Shown: positions 39,801-55,738 of the stretch, piece after piece
How the letters are laid out: each line of letters starts with the position of its first letter
How positions within the stretch are numbered: position 1 is the stretch's first letter
Assembly: GCA_964016885.1 (NCBI GenBank)
Contig: OZ024741.1
Location: forward strand, 215,512,001 to 215,576,000
Origin: Eledone cirrhosa
Lineage: Eukaryota
Reading direction: 5' to 3'
DNA length: 64,000 nt
Position numbers and translations under genes: made by a program
The notes under the pieces: model-generated
Database searches by the model: none
What the model was told of the DNA's origin: nothing
The model's input: the letters and a program-made list of their open reading frames with translations, nothing else

Positions 39801-42800
39801 CAACAACAACAGTTACATCTGCCACAGGTAGTAACAACAACAACAACAACAGTTACACCTGTCACAGGTAGTAACAACAACAACAACAACAGTTACACCT
39901 GCCACAGGTAATAACAACAACAACAACAACAGTTACACCTGCCACAGGTAGTAACAACAAAAACAACAACAGTTACACCTGTCACAGGTAGTAACAACAA
40001 CAACAACAGTTACACCTGCCACAGGTAGTAACAACAACAACAACAGTTACACCTGCCACAGGTAGTAACAACAACAACAACAACAGTTACACCTGCCACA
40101 GGTAGTAACAACAACAACAACAGTTACACCTGCCACAGGTAGTAACAACAACAACAACAACAGTTACATCTGCCACAGGTGGTAACAACAACAACAACAA
40201 CAGTTACATCTGCCACAGGTGGTAACAACAACAACAACAACAGTTACATCTGCCACAGGTGGTAACAACAACAACAACAACAGTTACATCTGCCACAGGT
40301 AGTAACAACAACAACAACAACAGTTACATCTGCCACAGGTAGTAACAACAACAACAACAACAGTTACACCTGTCACAGGTAGTAACAACAACAACAACAA
40401 CAGTTACACCTGCCACAGGTAATAACAACAACAACAACAACAGTTACACCTGCCACAGGTAGTAACAACAACAACAACAACAGTTACATCTGCCACAGGT
40501 GGTAACAACAACAACAACAACAGTTACATCTGCCACAGGTGGTAACAACAACAACAACAACAGTTACATCTGCCACAGGTGGTAACAACAACAACAACAA
40601 CAGTTACACCTGCCACAGGTAGTAACAACAACAACAACAACAGTTACATCTGCCACAGGTGGTAACAACAACAACAACAACAGTTACATCTGCCACAGGT
40701 GGTAACAACAACAACAACAACAGTTACATCTGCCACAGGTGGTAACAACAACAACAACAACAGTTACACCTGCCACAGGTAGTAACAACAACAACAACAA
40801 CAACAGTTACACCTGTCACAGGTAGTAACAACAACAACAGCAACAACAACAGTTACACCTGGCACAGGTAGTAACAACAACAACAACAGTTACACCTGTC
40901 ACAGGTAGTAGCAACAACAACAGCAACAACAACAGTTACACCTGTCACAGGTAGTAACAACAACAACAACAACAACAACAGTTACATCTGCTACAGGTGG
41001 GAACAACAACAACAACAACAGTTACACCTGCCACAGGTAATAACAACAACAACAACAACAGTTACACCTGCCACAGGTAGTAACAACAACAACAACAACA
41101 GTTACACCTGCCACAGGTAGTAACAACAACAACAACCGTTACACCTGCCACAGGTAGTAACAACAACAACAACAACAGTTACACCTGCCACATGTGGTAA
41201 CAACAACAACAACAACAACAGTTACACCTGCCACAGGTGGTAACAACAACAACAACAACAACAGTTACACCTGCCACATGTGGTAACAACAACAACAACA
41301 ACAACAGTTACACCTGCCACATGTGGTAACAACAACAACAACAACAACAGTTACACCTGCCACATGTGGTAACAACAACAACAACAACAACAGTTACACC
41401 TGCCACAGGTAGTAACAACAACAACAACAGTTACACCTGCCACAGGTAGTAACAACAACAACAACAACAGTTACACCTGCCACAGGTGGTAACAACAACA
41501 ACAACAACAGTTACATCTGCCACAGGTAGTAACAACAACAACAACAGTTACACCTGCCACAGGTAGTAACAACAACAACAACAGTTACACCTGCCACAGG
41601 TAGTAACAACAACAACAACAACAACAACAACAGTTACACCTGCCACAGGTAGTAACGACAACAACAACAGTTACACCTGCCACAGGTAGTAACAACAACA
41701 ACAACAACAACAACAACAGTTACACCTGTCACAGGTAGTAACAACAACAACAACAACAGTTACACCTGCCACAGGTAATAACAACAACAACAACAACAGT
41801 TACACCTGCCACAGGTAATAACAACAACAACAATAACAGTTACACCTGCCACAGGTAGTAACAACAACAACAATAACAGTTACACCTGCCACAGGTAGTA
41901 ACAACAACAACAGTTACACCTGACACAGGTAGTAACAACAACAACAACAACAGTTACACCTGCCACAGGTAGTAACAACAACAACAACAACTACAGTTAC
42001 ACCTGACACAGGTAGTAACAACAACAACAACAGTTACATCTGCCACAGGTAGTAACAACAACAACAGTTACACCTGCCACAGGTAGTAACAACAACAACA
42101 GTTACACCTGCCACAGGTAGTAACAACGACAACAACAGTTACACCTGCCACAGGTAGTAACAACAACAACAGTTACACCTGTCACAGGTAATAATAACAA
42201 CAACAACAACAGTTACACCTGTCACAGGTAGTAACAACAACAACGACAACAGTTACACCTGTCACAGGTAGTAACAACAACAACAGTTACACCTGTCACA
42301 GGTAGTAACAACAACAACAACAACAGTTACACCTGTCACAGGTAGTAACAACAACAACAACAACAGTTACACCTGCCACAGGTAGTAACAACAACAACAA
42401 CAGTTACACCTGTCACAGGTAGTAACAACAACAACAACAACAGTTACACCTGCCACAGGTAGTAACAACAACAACAGCAACAACAACAGTTACACCTGCC
42501 ACAGGTAGTAACAACAACAACAGCAACAACAACAGTTACACCTGACACAGGTAGTAACAACAACAACAACAAGAGTTACACCTGCCACAGGTAGTAACAA
42601 CCACAACAACAACAGTTACACCTGCCACAGGTAGTAACAACCACAACAACAACAGTTACACCTGCCACAGGTAGTAACAACAACAACAACAGTTACACCT
42701 GCCACAGGTAGTAACAACAACAACAGCAACAACAACAGTTACACCTGCCACAGGTAGTAACAACAACAACAACAACAGTTACACCTGCCACAGGTAGTAA

Positions 42801-45800
42801 CAACAACAACAACAACAGTTACACCTGCCACAGGTAGTAACAACCACAACAACAACAGTCACACCTGCCACAGGTAGTAACAACAACAACAACAGTTACA
42901 CCTGTCACAGGTAGTAACAACAACAACAACAGTTACACCTGTCACAGGTAGTAACAACAACAACAACAACAGTCACACCTGCCACAGGTAGTAACAACAA
43001 CAACAACAACAGTTACACCTGTCACAGGTAGTAACAACAACAACAACAACAGTTACACCTGCCACAGGTAGTAACAACAACAACAACAACAGTTACACCT
43101 GCCACAGGTAGTAACAACAACAACAACAACAGTTACACCTGTCACAGGTAGTAACAACAACAACAACAACAGTCACACCTGCCACAGGTAGTAACAACAA
43201 CAACAGTTACAACTGCCACAGGTAGTAACAACAACAACAGTTACACCTGTCACAGGTAATAACAACAACAACAACAGTCACACCTGCCACAGGTAGCAAC
43301 AACAACAACAACAACAGTTACACCTGTCACAGGTAGTAACAACAACAACAACAACAGTCACACCTGCCACAGGTAGTAACAACAACAACAGTTACACCTG
43401 TCACAGGTAGTAACAACAACAACAACAACAGTTACACCTGCCACAGGTAGTAACAACAACAACAACAACAGTTACACCTGCCACAGGTAGTAACAACAAC
43501 AACAACAACAGTTACACCTGCCACAGGTAGTAACAACAACAACAACAACAGTTACATCTGCCACAGGTAGTAACAACAACAACAGTTACACCTGTCACAG
43601 GTAATAACAACAACAACAACAACAGTTACACCTGTCACAGGTAGTAACAACAACAACAACAACAGTCACACCTGCCACAGGTAGTAACAACAACAACAGT
43701 TACAACTGCCACAGGTAGTAACAACAACAACAGTTACACCTGTCACAGGTAATAACAACAACAACAACAGTCACACCTGCCACAGGTAGCAACAACAACA
43801 ACAACAACAGTTACACCTGTCACAGGTAGTAACAACAACAACAACAACAGTTACACCTGCCACAGGTAGCAACAACAACAACAACAACAGTTACACCTGT
43901 CACAGGTAGTAACAACAACAACAACAACAGTTACACCTGCCACAGGTAGTAACAACAACAACAACAACAGTTACACCTGCCACAGGTAGTAACAACAACA
44001 ACAACAACAGTTACACCTGCCACAGGTAGTAACAACAACAACAACAACAGTTACACCTGTCACAGGTAATAACAACAACAACAACAGTCACACCTGCCAC
44101 AGGTAGTAACAACAACAACAACAACAGTTACACCTGCCACAGGTAGTAACAACAACAACAACAACAGTTACACCTGTCACAGGTAATAACAACAACAACA
44201 ACAGTCACACCTGCCACAGGTAGTAACAACAACAACAACAACAGTCACACCTGCCACAGGTAGTAACAACAACAACAACAACAGTTACACCTGCCACAGG
44301 TAGTAACAACAACAACAACAGTCACACCTGTCACAGGTAGTAACAACAACAACAACAACAGTTACACCTGCCACAGGTAGTAACAACAACAACAACAACA
44401 GTTACACCTGCCACAGGTAGTAACAACAACAACAGCAACAGTTACACCTGCCACAGGTAGTAACAACAACAACAACAACAGTTACACCTGCCACAGGTAG
44501 TAACAACAACAACAACAACAGTTACACCTGCCACAGGTAGTAACAACAACAACAACAACAGTTACACCTGCCACAGGTAGTAACAACAACAACAACAACA
44601 GTTACACCTGCCACAGGTAGTAACAACAACAACAACAACAGTTACACCTGTCACAGGTAGTAACAACAACAACAACAACAGTCACACCTGCCACAGGTAG
44701 TAACAACAACAACAACAACAGTTACACCTGCCACAGGTAGTAACAACAACAACAACAACAGTCACACCTGTCACAGGTAGTAACAACAACAACAACAACA
44801 GTTACATCTGCCACAGGTAGTAACAACAACAACAGTTACACCTGTCACAGGTAATAACAACAACAACAACAGTCACACCTGTCACAGGTAGTAACAACAA
44901 CAACAACAACAGTTACACCTGCCACAGGTAGTAACAACAACAACAGTTACACCTGTCACAGGTAGTAACAACAACAACAACAACAGTTACACCTGCCACA
45001 GGTAGTAACAACAACAACAACAACAGTTACACCTGCCACAGGTAGTAACAACAACAACAACAACAGTTACACCTGCCACAGGTAGTAACAACAACAACAA
45101 CAACAGTTACACCTGCCACAGGTGATAACAACAACAACAACAACAGTTACACCTGTCACAGGTAGTAACAACAACAACAACAGTTACACCTGTCACAGGT
45201 AATAACAACAACAACAACAGTCACACCTGTCACAGGTAGTAACAACAACAACAACAACAGTTACACCTGCCACAGGTAGTAACAACAACAACAACAACAG
45301 TCACACCTGTCACAGGTAGTAACAACAACAACAACAACAGTCACACCTGCCACAGGTAGCAACAACAACAACAACAACAGTTACACCTGTCACAGGTAGT
45401 AACAACAACAACAACAACAGTCACACCTGCCACAGGTAGTAACAACAACAACAACAACAGTCACACCTGCCACAGGTAGCAACAACAACAACAACAACAG
45501 TTACACCTGTCACAGGTAGTAACAACAACAACAACAACAGTCACACCTGTCACAGGTAGTAACAACAACAACAACAACAGTCACACCTGCCACAGGTAGC
45601 AACAACAACAACAACAACAGTTACACCTGTCACAGGTAGTAACAACAACAACAACAACAGTCACACCTGCCACAGGTAGTAACAACAACAACAACAACAG
45701 TCACACCTGCCACAGGTAGCAACAACAACAACAACAACAGTTACACCTGTCACAGGTAGTAACAACAACAACAACAACAGTCACACCTGTCACAGGTAGT

Positions 45801-48800
45801 AACAACAACAACAACAACAGTTACACCTGCCACAGGTAGTAACAACAACAACAACAACAGTTACACCTGCCACAGGTAGTAACAACAACAACAACAACAG
45901 TCACACCTGTCACAGGTAGTAACAACAAGAACAACAACAGTCACACCTGTCACAGGTAGTAACAACAACAACAACAACAGTCACACCTGCCACAGGTAGC
46001 AACAACAACAACAACAACAGTTACACCTGTCACAGGTAGTAACAACAACAACAACAACAGTTACACCTGCCACAGGTAGTAACAACAACAACAACAACAG
46101 TCACACCTGCCACAGGTAGCAACAACAACAACAACAACAGTTACACCTGTCACAGGTAGTAACAACAACAACAACAACAGTCACACCTGCCACAGGTAGT
46201 AACAACAACAACAACAACAGTTACACCTGCCACAGGTAGTAACAACAACAACAACAACAGTTACATCTGCCACAGGTAGTAACAACAACAACAGTTACAC
46301 CTGTCACAGGTAATAACAACAACAACAACAGTCACACCTGTCACAGGTAGTAACAACAACAACAACAACAGTTACACCTGCCACAGGTAGTAACAACAAC
46401 AACAACAACAGTTACACCTGCCACAGGTAGTAACAACAACAACAACAACAGTTACACCTGCCACAGGTAGTAACAACAACAACAACAACAGTTACACCTG
46501 TCACAGGTAATAACAACAACAACAACAGTCACACCTGTCACAGGTAGTAACAACAACAACAACAACAGTTACACCTGCCACAGGTAGTAACAACAACAAC
46601 AACAACAGTTACACCTGCCACAGGTAGTAACAACAACAACAGTTACACCTGTCACAGGTAATAACAACAACAACAACAGTCACACCTGCCACAGGTAGCA
46701 ACAACAACAACAGTTACACCTGTCACAGGTAATAACAACACAACAACAGTTACACCTGCCACAGGTAGTAACAACAACAACAGTTACACCTGTCACAGGT
46801 AATAACAACAACAACAACAGTTACACCTGCCACAGGTAGTAACAACAACAACAACAACAACAGTTACATCTGCCACAGGTAGTAACAACAACAACAACAA
46901 CAGTTACACCTGCCACAGGTAGTAACAACAACAACAATAACAGTTACACCTGCCACAGGTAGTAACAACAACAACAGTTACACCTGTCACAGGTAATAAC
47001 AACAACAACAACAGTCACACCTGCCACAGGTAGCAACAACAACAACAGTTACACCTGTCACAGGTAATAACAACAACAACAACAACAGTTACACCTGCCA
47101 CAGGTAGTAACAACAACAACAACAACAGTTACACCTGTCACAGGTAATAACAACAACAACAACAGTTACACCTGCCACAGGTAGTAACAACAACAACAAC
47201 AGTTACAACTGCCACAGGTAGTAACAACAACAACAGTTACACCTGTCACAGGTAATAACAACAACAACAACAGTCACACCTGCCACAGGTAGCAACAACA
47301 ACAACAACAACAGTTACACCTGTCACAGGTAGTAACAACAACAACAACAACGGTTACACCTGCCACAGGTAGTAACAACAACAACAACAACAGTTACACC
47401 TGCCACAGGTAGTAACAACAACAACAACAACAACAGTTACACCTGCCACAGGTAGTAACAACAACAACAACAACAGTTACACCTGCCACAGGTAGTAACA
47501 ACAACAACAACAACAGTTACATCTGCCACAGGTAGTAACAACAACAACAACAACAGTTACACCTGCCACAGGTAGTAACAACAACAACAACAACAGTCAC
47601 ACCTGCCACAGGTAGTAACGACAACAACAACAACAGTTACACCTGTCACAGGTAGTAACAACAACAACAGCAACAACAACAGTTACACCTGCCACAGGTA
47701 GTAACAACAACAACAGTTACACCTGTCACAGGTAATAACAACAACAACAACAGTCACACCTGCCACAGGTAGTAACAACAACAACAACAACAGTCACACC
47801 TGCCACAGGTAGTAACGACAACAACAACAACAGTTACACCTGTCACAGGTAGTAACAACAACAACAGCAACAACAACAGTTACACCTGCCACAGGTAGTA
47901 ACAACAACAACAGTTACACCTGTCACAGGTAGTAACAACAACAACAACAACAGTTACACCTGCCACAGGTAGTAACAACAACAACAACAACAGTTACACC
48001 TGCCACAGGTAGTAACAACAACAACAACAACAGTTACACCTGTCACAGGTAGTAACAACAACAACAGCAACAACAACAGTTACACCTGCCACAGGTAGTA
48101 ACAACAACAACAGTTACACCTGTCACAGGTAGTAACAACAACAACAGTTACACCTGTCACAGGTAGTAACAACAACAACAACAACAGTTACATCTGCCAC
48201 AGGTAGTAACAACAACAACAACAACAGTTACACCTGCCACAGGTAGTAACAACAACAACAATAACAGTTACACCTGCCACAGGTAGTAACAACAACAACA
48301 GTTACACCTGTCACAGGTAATAACAACAACAACAACAGTCACACCTGCCACAGGTAGCAACAACAACAACAGTTACACCTGTCACAGGTAATAACAACAA
48401 CAACAACAACAGTTACACCTGCCACAGGTAGTAACAACAACAACAACAACAGTTACACCTGTCACAGGTAGTAACAACAACAACAACAACAGTTACACCT
48501 GCCACAGGTAGTAACAACAACAACAACAACAGTTACACCTGCCACAGGTAGTAACAACAACAACAACAACAGTTACACCTGCCACAGGTAGTAACAACAA
48601 CAACAACAACAGTTACACCTGCCACAGGTAGTAACAACAACAACAACAACAGTTACACCTGCCACAGGTAATAACAACAACAACAACAACAGTTACACCT
48701 GCCACAGGTAGTAACAACCACAACAACAACAGTCACACCTGCCACAGGTAGTAACAACAACAACAACAACAGTTACACCTGTCACAGGTAACAACAACAA

Positions 48801-50697
48801 CAACAACAGTTACACCTGCCACAGGTAGTAACAACAACAACAACATCAGTTACACCTGCCACAGGTAGTAACAACAACAACAGTTACACCTGCCACAGGT
48901 AGTAACAACAACAACAGTTACACCTGCCACAGTTAGTAACAACAACAACAACAACAGTTACACCTGTCACAGGTAGTAACAACAACAACAACAACAGTTA
49001 CACCTGCCACAGGTAGTAACAACAACAACAACAACAGTTACACCTGTCACAGGTAGTAACAACAACAACAACAACAGTTACACCTGTCACAGGTAGTAAC
49101 AACAACAACAACAACAACAGTTACATCTGCCACAGGTAGTAACAACAACAACAACAACAACATCAGTTACACCTGTCACAGGTAGTAACAACAACAACAA
49201 CAACAGTTACACCTACCACATGTAGTAATGACAACAACAACAACAACAACAACAGTTACACCTGCCACAGGTAGTAACAACAACAACAACAACAGTTACA
49301 CCTGCCACAGGTAGTAACAACAACAACAACAACAGTTACACCTGCCACAGTTAGTAACAACAACAACAACAACAGTTACACCTGTCACAGGTAGTAACAA
49401 CAACAACAACAACAGTTACATCTGCCACAGGTAGTAACAACAACAACAACAACAGTCACACCTGCCACAGGTAGTAACAACAAAAACAACAACAGTTACA
49501 CCTGCCACAGTTAGTAACAACAACAACAACAACAGTTACACCTGTCACAGGTAGTAACAACAACAACAACAACAGTTACACCTGCCACAGGTAGTAACAA
49601 CAACAACAACAACAGTCACATCTGCCACAGGTAGTAACAACAACAACAACAACAGTTACACCTGTCACAGGTAACAACAACAACAACAACAGTTACACCT
49701 GCCACAGGTAGTAACAACAACAACAACATCAGTTACACCTGCCACAGGTAGTAACAACAACAACAACAACAACAGTTACACCTGCCACAGGTAATAACAA
49801 CAACAACAACAGTTACACCGGCCACAGGTAGTAACAACAACAACAACAACAACAACAACAGTTGCAGCTGTCACAGGTAGTAACAACAACAACAACAACA
49901 GTTACACCTGTCACAGGTAGTAACAACAACAACAACAACAGTCACACCTGCCACAGGTAGTAACAACAACAACAACAACAGTTACACCTGCCACAGGTAG
50001 TAACAACAACAACAACAACAGTCACACCTGCCACAGGTAGTAACAACAACAACAACAACAGTTACACCTGTCACAGGTAGTAACAACAACAACAACAACA
50101 GTTACACCTGCCACAGGTAGTAACAACAACAACAACAACAGTCACACCTGCCACAGGTAGTAACAACAACAACAACAACAGTTACACCTGCCACAGGTAG
50201 TAACAACAACAACAACAACAGTCACACCTGCCACAGGTAGTAACAACAACAACAACAACAGTTACACCTGCCACAGGTAGTAACAACAACAACAACAGTC
50301 ACACCTGCCACAGGTAGTAACAACAACAACAACAGTTACACCTGCCACAGGTAGTAACAACAACAACAACAACAGTCACACCTGCCACAGGTAGTAACAA
50401 CAACAACAACAACAGTTACACCTGCCACAGGTAGTAACAACAACAACAACAACAGTCACACCTGCCACAGGTAGTAACAACAACAACAACAACAGTTACA
50501 CCTGCCACAGGTAGTAACAACAACAACAACAACAGTCACACCTGCCACAGGTAGTAACAACAACAACAACAACAGTTACACCTGCCACAGGTAGTAACAA
50601 CAACAACAACAACAGTCACACCTGCCACAGGTAGTAACAACAACAACAACAACAGTTACACCTGTCACAGGTAGTAACAACAACAACAACAACAACA
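36820..50697. repeat. ~13.9 kb minisatellite: AGTTACACCTGCCACAGGTAGT + (AAC)n, roughly 340 units (estimated from length / ~40 bp)
   Basis: Constant 22-bp core with hairpin GTTAC-ACCTG-cca-CAGGT-a-GTAAC and a variable AAC count. Confidence 0.98.
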
Positions 50698-50786
50698 AAA
50701 AAACAATAACAACAATACCCATATCGAAATTGAAATTCCAGATAATTGGTAATATTTAGCCAGAAAGGATGAAGACAAATAGACAC

Positions 50787-50789
50787 AGC

Positions 50790-50853
<64 letters not shown>

Positions 50854-50927
50854 TGTATGATTAGCAGCAGCAGTAGTGGTAGTAGTAGTAGTAGTAGTAG
50901 TAGCAGCAAGAGCAGCAGTAGTAGTAT

Positions 50928-50964
<37 letters not shown>

Positions 50965-51131
50965 TGTAGTAGCGGTAGTAGTAATAGTAGTAATAGCAGT
51001 AGTAGTATTTTTAGTGTAATAGTAGTTGTAGTGGTAGTATCAGCAGTAGTAGTAGTAGTAGTAATAGTAGCAGAAGTAGTATTAGTAATAGTAGTAGTAG
51101 TAGTAGTAGTAGTAGCAGCAGTAGTAGTAGC

Positions 51132-51175
<44 letters not shown>

Positions 51176-51250
51176 CAGTAGTAGTAGTAGTAGTAGTTGC
51201 ACCTGTAGTAGTAGTAGTAGTAGCAGTAGTAGTAGTAGTAGTAGTAGTTG
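50787..51250. repeat. (GTA)n/(GCA)n repeat
   Basis: Direct reading. Confidence 0.95.
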
Positions 51251-51319
51251 TATATTGCGTTGACTAAGGTGGTTGGATGAGGTGTGGGTGTTGATGGAAA
51301 AGGCGACAACTTTTGTAGT

Positions 51320-53497
51320 CGAGGTGATGATGGTGGTAGAGATGATGGTGATGGTGTTGGTGCTGATGTTATGTGGTGGAGGTGGTGGTGGTGGTGGTGG
51401 TTGATGTACCGGTGGTGGAGGTGGTGGTGGTGCCTCTGCTGATGGTGATGGTGGTGGTGGTGCTGTTGATGGTGGTGGGGGTGATGGTGGCGGTGGTGGT
51501 GATGATGATAGTGGTGGTGGTGGTGGTGGAGGTGGTGGTGGTGCTGTTGATGGTGGTGGGGGTGATGATGGCGGTGGTGGTGATGATGATAGTGGTGGTG
51601 GTGGTGGTGGTGGTGGTGTTGGTGCTGTTGATGGTGGTGGGGGTGATGGTGGCGGTGGTGGTGATGATGATAGTGGTGGTGGTGGTGGTGGTTGTGGTGA
51701 TGATGGTGGTGGTGACGGTGGTTGGTGTGGTGTTGTTTGTTGGTGGTGTTTTGTGGAGGTGTTGATGATGGTGATGGCGAGGGTGGTGGTGGTGGTGGTT
51801 TATGTGGTGTTGGTGGAGGTTGGGGTGCGCGGTGGGGTGATGCTGTTGATGGTGATATTGATGTTGGTGATTATAGTGATCATGATCATGATGATGATGT
51901 TGAAGAGGAGGGGTATATATCGCGATGATGAAAGTTGATGTTAAAGGGGATAGCGTTGGTTATAATGATTGTGATGGTGATGGTGATGGTGATGTTGATG
52001 TTGATGGTGATGGTGATGGTGATGGTGATGTTGATGGTGATGTTGATGTTGATGGTGATGGTGATGGTGATGGTGATGGTGATGTTGATGTTGATGGTGA
52101 TGGTGATGGTGATGGTGATGTTGATGGTGATGTTGATGTTGATGGTGATGGTGTTGGTGATGTTTATGGTGATGGTGATGGTGATGTTGATGGTGATGTT
52201 GATGTTGATGGTGATGGTGATGGTGATGTTGATGGTGATGGTGATGGTGATGGTGATGTTGATGGTGATGGTGATGTTGATGGTGATGTTGATGTTGATG
52301 GTGATGGTGATGTTGATGTTGATGGTGATGGTGATGGTGATGGTGATGTTGATGGTGATGTTGATGTTGATGGTGATGGTGATGGTGATGTTGATGGTGA
52401 TGGTGATGGTGATGGTGATGTTGATGGTGATGGTGATGGTGATGGTGATGGTGATGGTGATGTTGATGGTGATGGTGATGGTGATGTTGATGGTGATGGT
52501 GATGGTGATGTTTATGGTGATGGTGATGGTGATGGTGATGTTGATGGTGATGTTGATGTTGATGGTGATGGTGATGGTGATGTTGATGTTGATGTTGATG
52601 TTGATGGTGATGGTGATGGTGATGTTGATGGTGATGTTGATGTTGATGGTGATGGTGATGGTGATGGTGATGTTGATGGTGATGGTGATGGTGATGTTGA
52701 TGGTGATGTTGATGTTGATGGTGATGTTGATGGTGATGATGATGGTGATGGTGATGTTGATGGTGATGGTGATGGTGATGGTGATGGTGAAGGTGATGGT
52801 GATGGTGATGTTGATGGCGGGTATATTGCTGTAGGGGGGTGATGGTATTTATTGTCAAGGTGATGGTGATGGTGATGGTGATGGTGCTGATGGCGATGGT
52901 GAAGGTGTGTGTGATGTTGATGTTGACAATGGTGATGGTGGTGGTGGTAGTGGTACGATAGTGAGGATGGTAGTGAGTGGTGATATGACTGTGATGACGG
53001 TGATGATGGTGGTGATGGTGGTGTCGATGGTGGTGGTGATGGTGGGAATTGTGATGGTCGTTGTGGTGGTGGATCTGCTGATGGTTGGTGATCGTGATGA
53101 TAGTAGTGAGATTGTGATGGTGGTGGTGGTGGTGTTGGTGGTGGTGATGGTGGTGGTGGTGTTGGTGGTGGTGATGGTGGTGGTGGTGTTGGTGGTGGTG
53201 ATGGTGGTGGTGGTGGTGGTGAGATGGTGATGGTAGTGTGTGGTAGTGTGGTGGTGGTGGTGGTGGTGGTGGTGGTGGTGGTGAGATGGTGATGGTAGTG
53301 TGTGGTAGTGTGGTGGTGGTGGTGGTGGTGAGATGGTGATGGTAGTGTGTGGTAGTGTGGTGGTGGTGGTGGTGGTGGTGGTGAGATGGTGATGGTAGTG
53401 TGTGGTAGTGTGGTGGTGGTGGTGGTGGTGGTGGTGAGATGGTGATGGTAGTGTGTGGTAGTGTGGTGGTGGTGGTGGTGAGATGGTGATGGTAGTG
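51320..53497. repeat. (GGT/GAT) low complexity, including a GATGGT/GATGTT hexamer array (51972-52815) and ~50-60 bp units (53215-53497)
   Basis: Direct reading. Confidence 0.9.
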
Positions 53498-53551
53498 AAA
53501 ATGAGGCTGGTGAGAAAAACGACAGAGACATGCGATGAGTTTACAGTCATA

Positions 53552-53635
<84 letters not shown>

Positions 53636-53964
53636 AGGGGAGGGGGAGAGATGTGAGACAGAGAGAAAAACGTATATGTAAATATATATAGAGAGAGAGG
53701 GGGCAGAGGGCGAGATGAGGGAGAGAGAGGGAGAGAGGAGGGGAGGAGAGAGAGGGAGAAGAGAGAGAGAGAGAGAGAGGAGAGGAGAGAGTGGGAGAGA
53801 GGGGGAGAAAGAGAGATAGAGATAGCCTGAGAAAGAGAAATTTAGTGAGACAGTTTTATATATATGTATATATATGGGTAAGGTGTACTATACAAGTGAG
53901 GATTGGGAGGAGGAGATGAGTGTGTTGAAGTGGGAGGTGGGATATTCTAAATAGTTGTTTATTT

Positions 53965-54161
53965 GGTGTTGTTGTTGTTGTTGATGTTGTGATTCCTGCT
54001 GCTGCTCCTGCTGCTGCTTATGTTGTCGTCGTTGTTGTTGCTGTGGTTATTGTTGCTGCTGTTGTTAGTATTGTTGCTGCTGTTGTTGTTGTTGTTGCTG
54101 CTGTTGTTGCTGTTGTTGCTGCTGTTGTTGTTGTTGCTGCTGTTGTTGTTATTGTTATTGC

Positions 54162-54201
<40 letters not shown>

Positions 54202-54649
54202 GCTGCTGCTGTTGTTGTCGTTGTTGTTGCTGCTGTTAGTATTGTTGCTGCTGTTGTAATATTGTTGCTACTGTTGTTGTTGTTGTTGCTGTTGTTGTTG
54301 TTGTTGTTGTTGTTGCTGTTGTTGTTGTTGTTGCTGTTGTTGTTGTTGTTGCTGTTGTTGTTGCTGCTTTTGTTAGTAGTGTTGCTGCTGTTGTTAGTAT
54401 TGTTGCTGCTGTTGTTGTTGTTGTTGTTGCTGCTGTTGGTGCTGCTGTTGTTCGTATTGTTGCTGCTGAAGTACTTGTTGTTGTTGCTGTTGTTGTTGCT
54501 ATTCCTGTTCATGTTATTCATGTTGTTGTAGTTGTTGTTATTGTTGCTTTTGTTGTTGTTGTTGTTGTTGTTATGATTATTTGGTTGTTTGATCTTTCAT
54601 CACATGTACGTCGCTGCCAGCCAAAACGATGGCTAAACAACAACAACAA

Positions 54650-54681
<32 letters not shown>

Positions 54682-54682
54682 A
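53965..54682. repeat. (GTT/GCT)n then (CAA/CAG)n triplet tracts
   Basis: Direct reading. Confidence 0.9.
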
Positions 54683-54776
54683 TATTTGAGCACATGTTCA
54701 TACAGACATACATATATGCGCACATACATACATGCACACACACACACACAGATACATACATGCATATATATATATA

Positions 54777-54815
<39 letters not shown>

Positions 54816-54825
54816 GAGTGTATAC

Positions 54826-54860
<35 letters not shown>

Positions 54861-54903
54861 AATATATGTATATATATGCATATGTATACATATATATATT
54901 TAT

Positions 54904-55050
<147 letters not shown>

Positions 55051-55707
55051 AGAGAGAGAGAGAGAGATACACGCACACACACATATATACACTCACGCGC
55101 ACGTACACACACGGACTGATGAACAGAAGTGTATATTAATATTTACAGAGGAAGTCATACGCACATACATCACCTGATCCACATATATACATACATACAT
55201 ACTCAGAAGCATATATACATACACACATACATACAGTCATACATACATACATACGTTCGTACATACATACATCCATACACACATTCATACATACATATAT
55301 GCATGCATGTATGTATAGATAGATATACACATATATATACACCGACAGACAGGCGTAAGTGAAATATATATATATCTATAATTCATATATAGATATACAT
55401 ACATGTGCAAATATAAATATATACATATATACATAAATATATACACACAGGTATAGTGGTACAAATTGTGTGATTCACTACATGTATCAGTTCAGTATGT
55501 ATGTATAATTTTGCATTTGTAAACGTATGTATATACATCTGTAGTGGGATATTGGGTGTATATTTGAAATTATGAATGTATACAGGCAAAACTCTACACA
55601 TGTGTGAATCTACAGTATACGCGTGTAGATTTGTCTATATATAGTTATGTGCTTGTGCGTGTATATGCATACACACATATATTTATGCGTATACATGTAT
55701 GTATTTC

Positions 55708-55738
<31 letters not shown>

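Noticed and set aside
36820-50697. CRISPR-like appearance (constant palindromic repeat plus spacers)
   Set aside because: Spacers are only (AAC)n with no unique sequence, there are no cas genes, and the context is eukaryotic
36820-50697. Hundreds of CAGGTAG Zelda (TAGteam) motifs
   Set aside because: Zelda is known from arthropods; the repeat content points to a mollusc, so the match is probably coincidental
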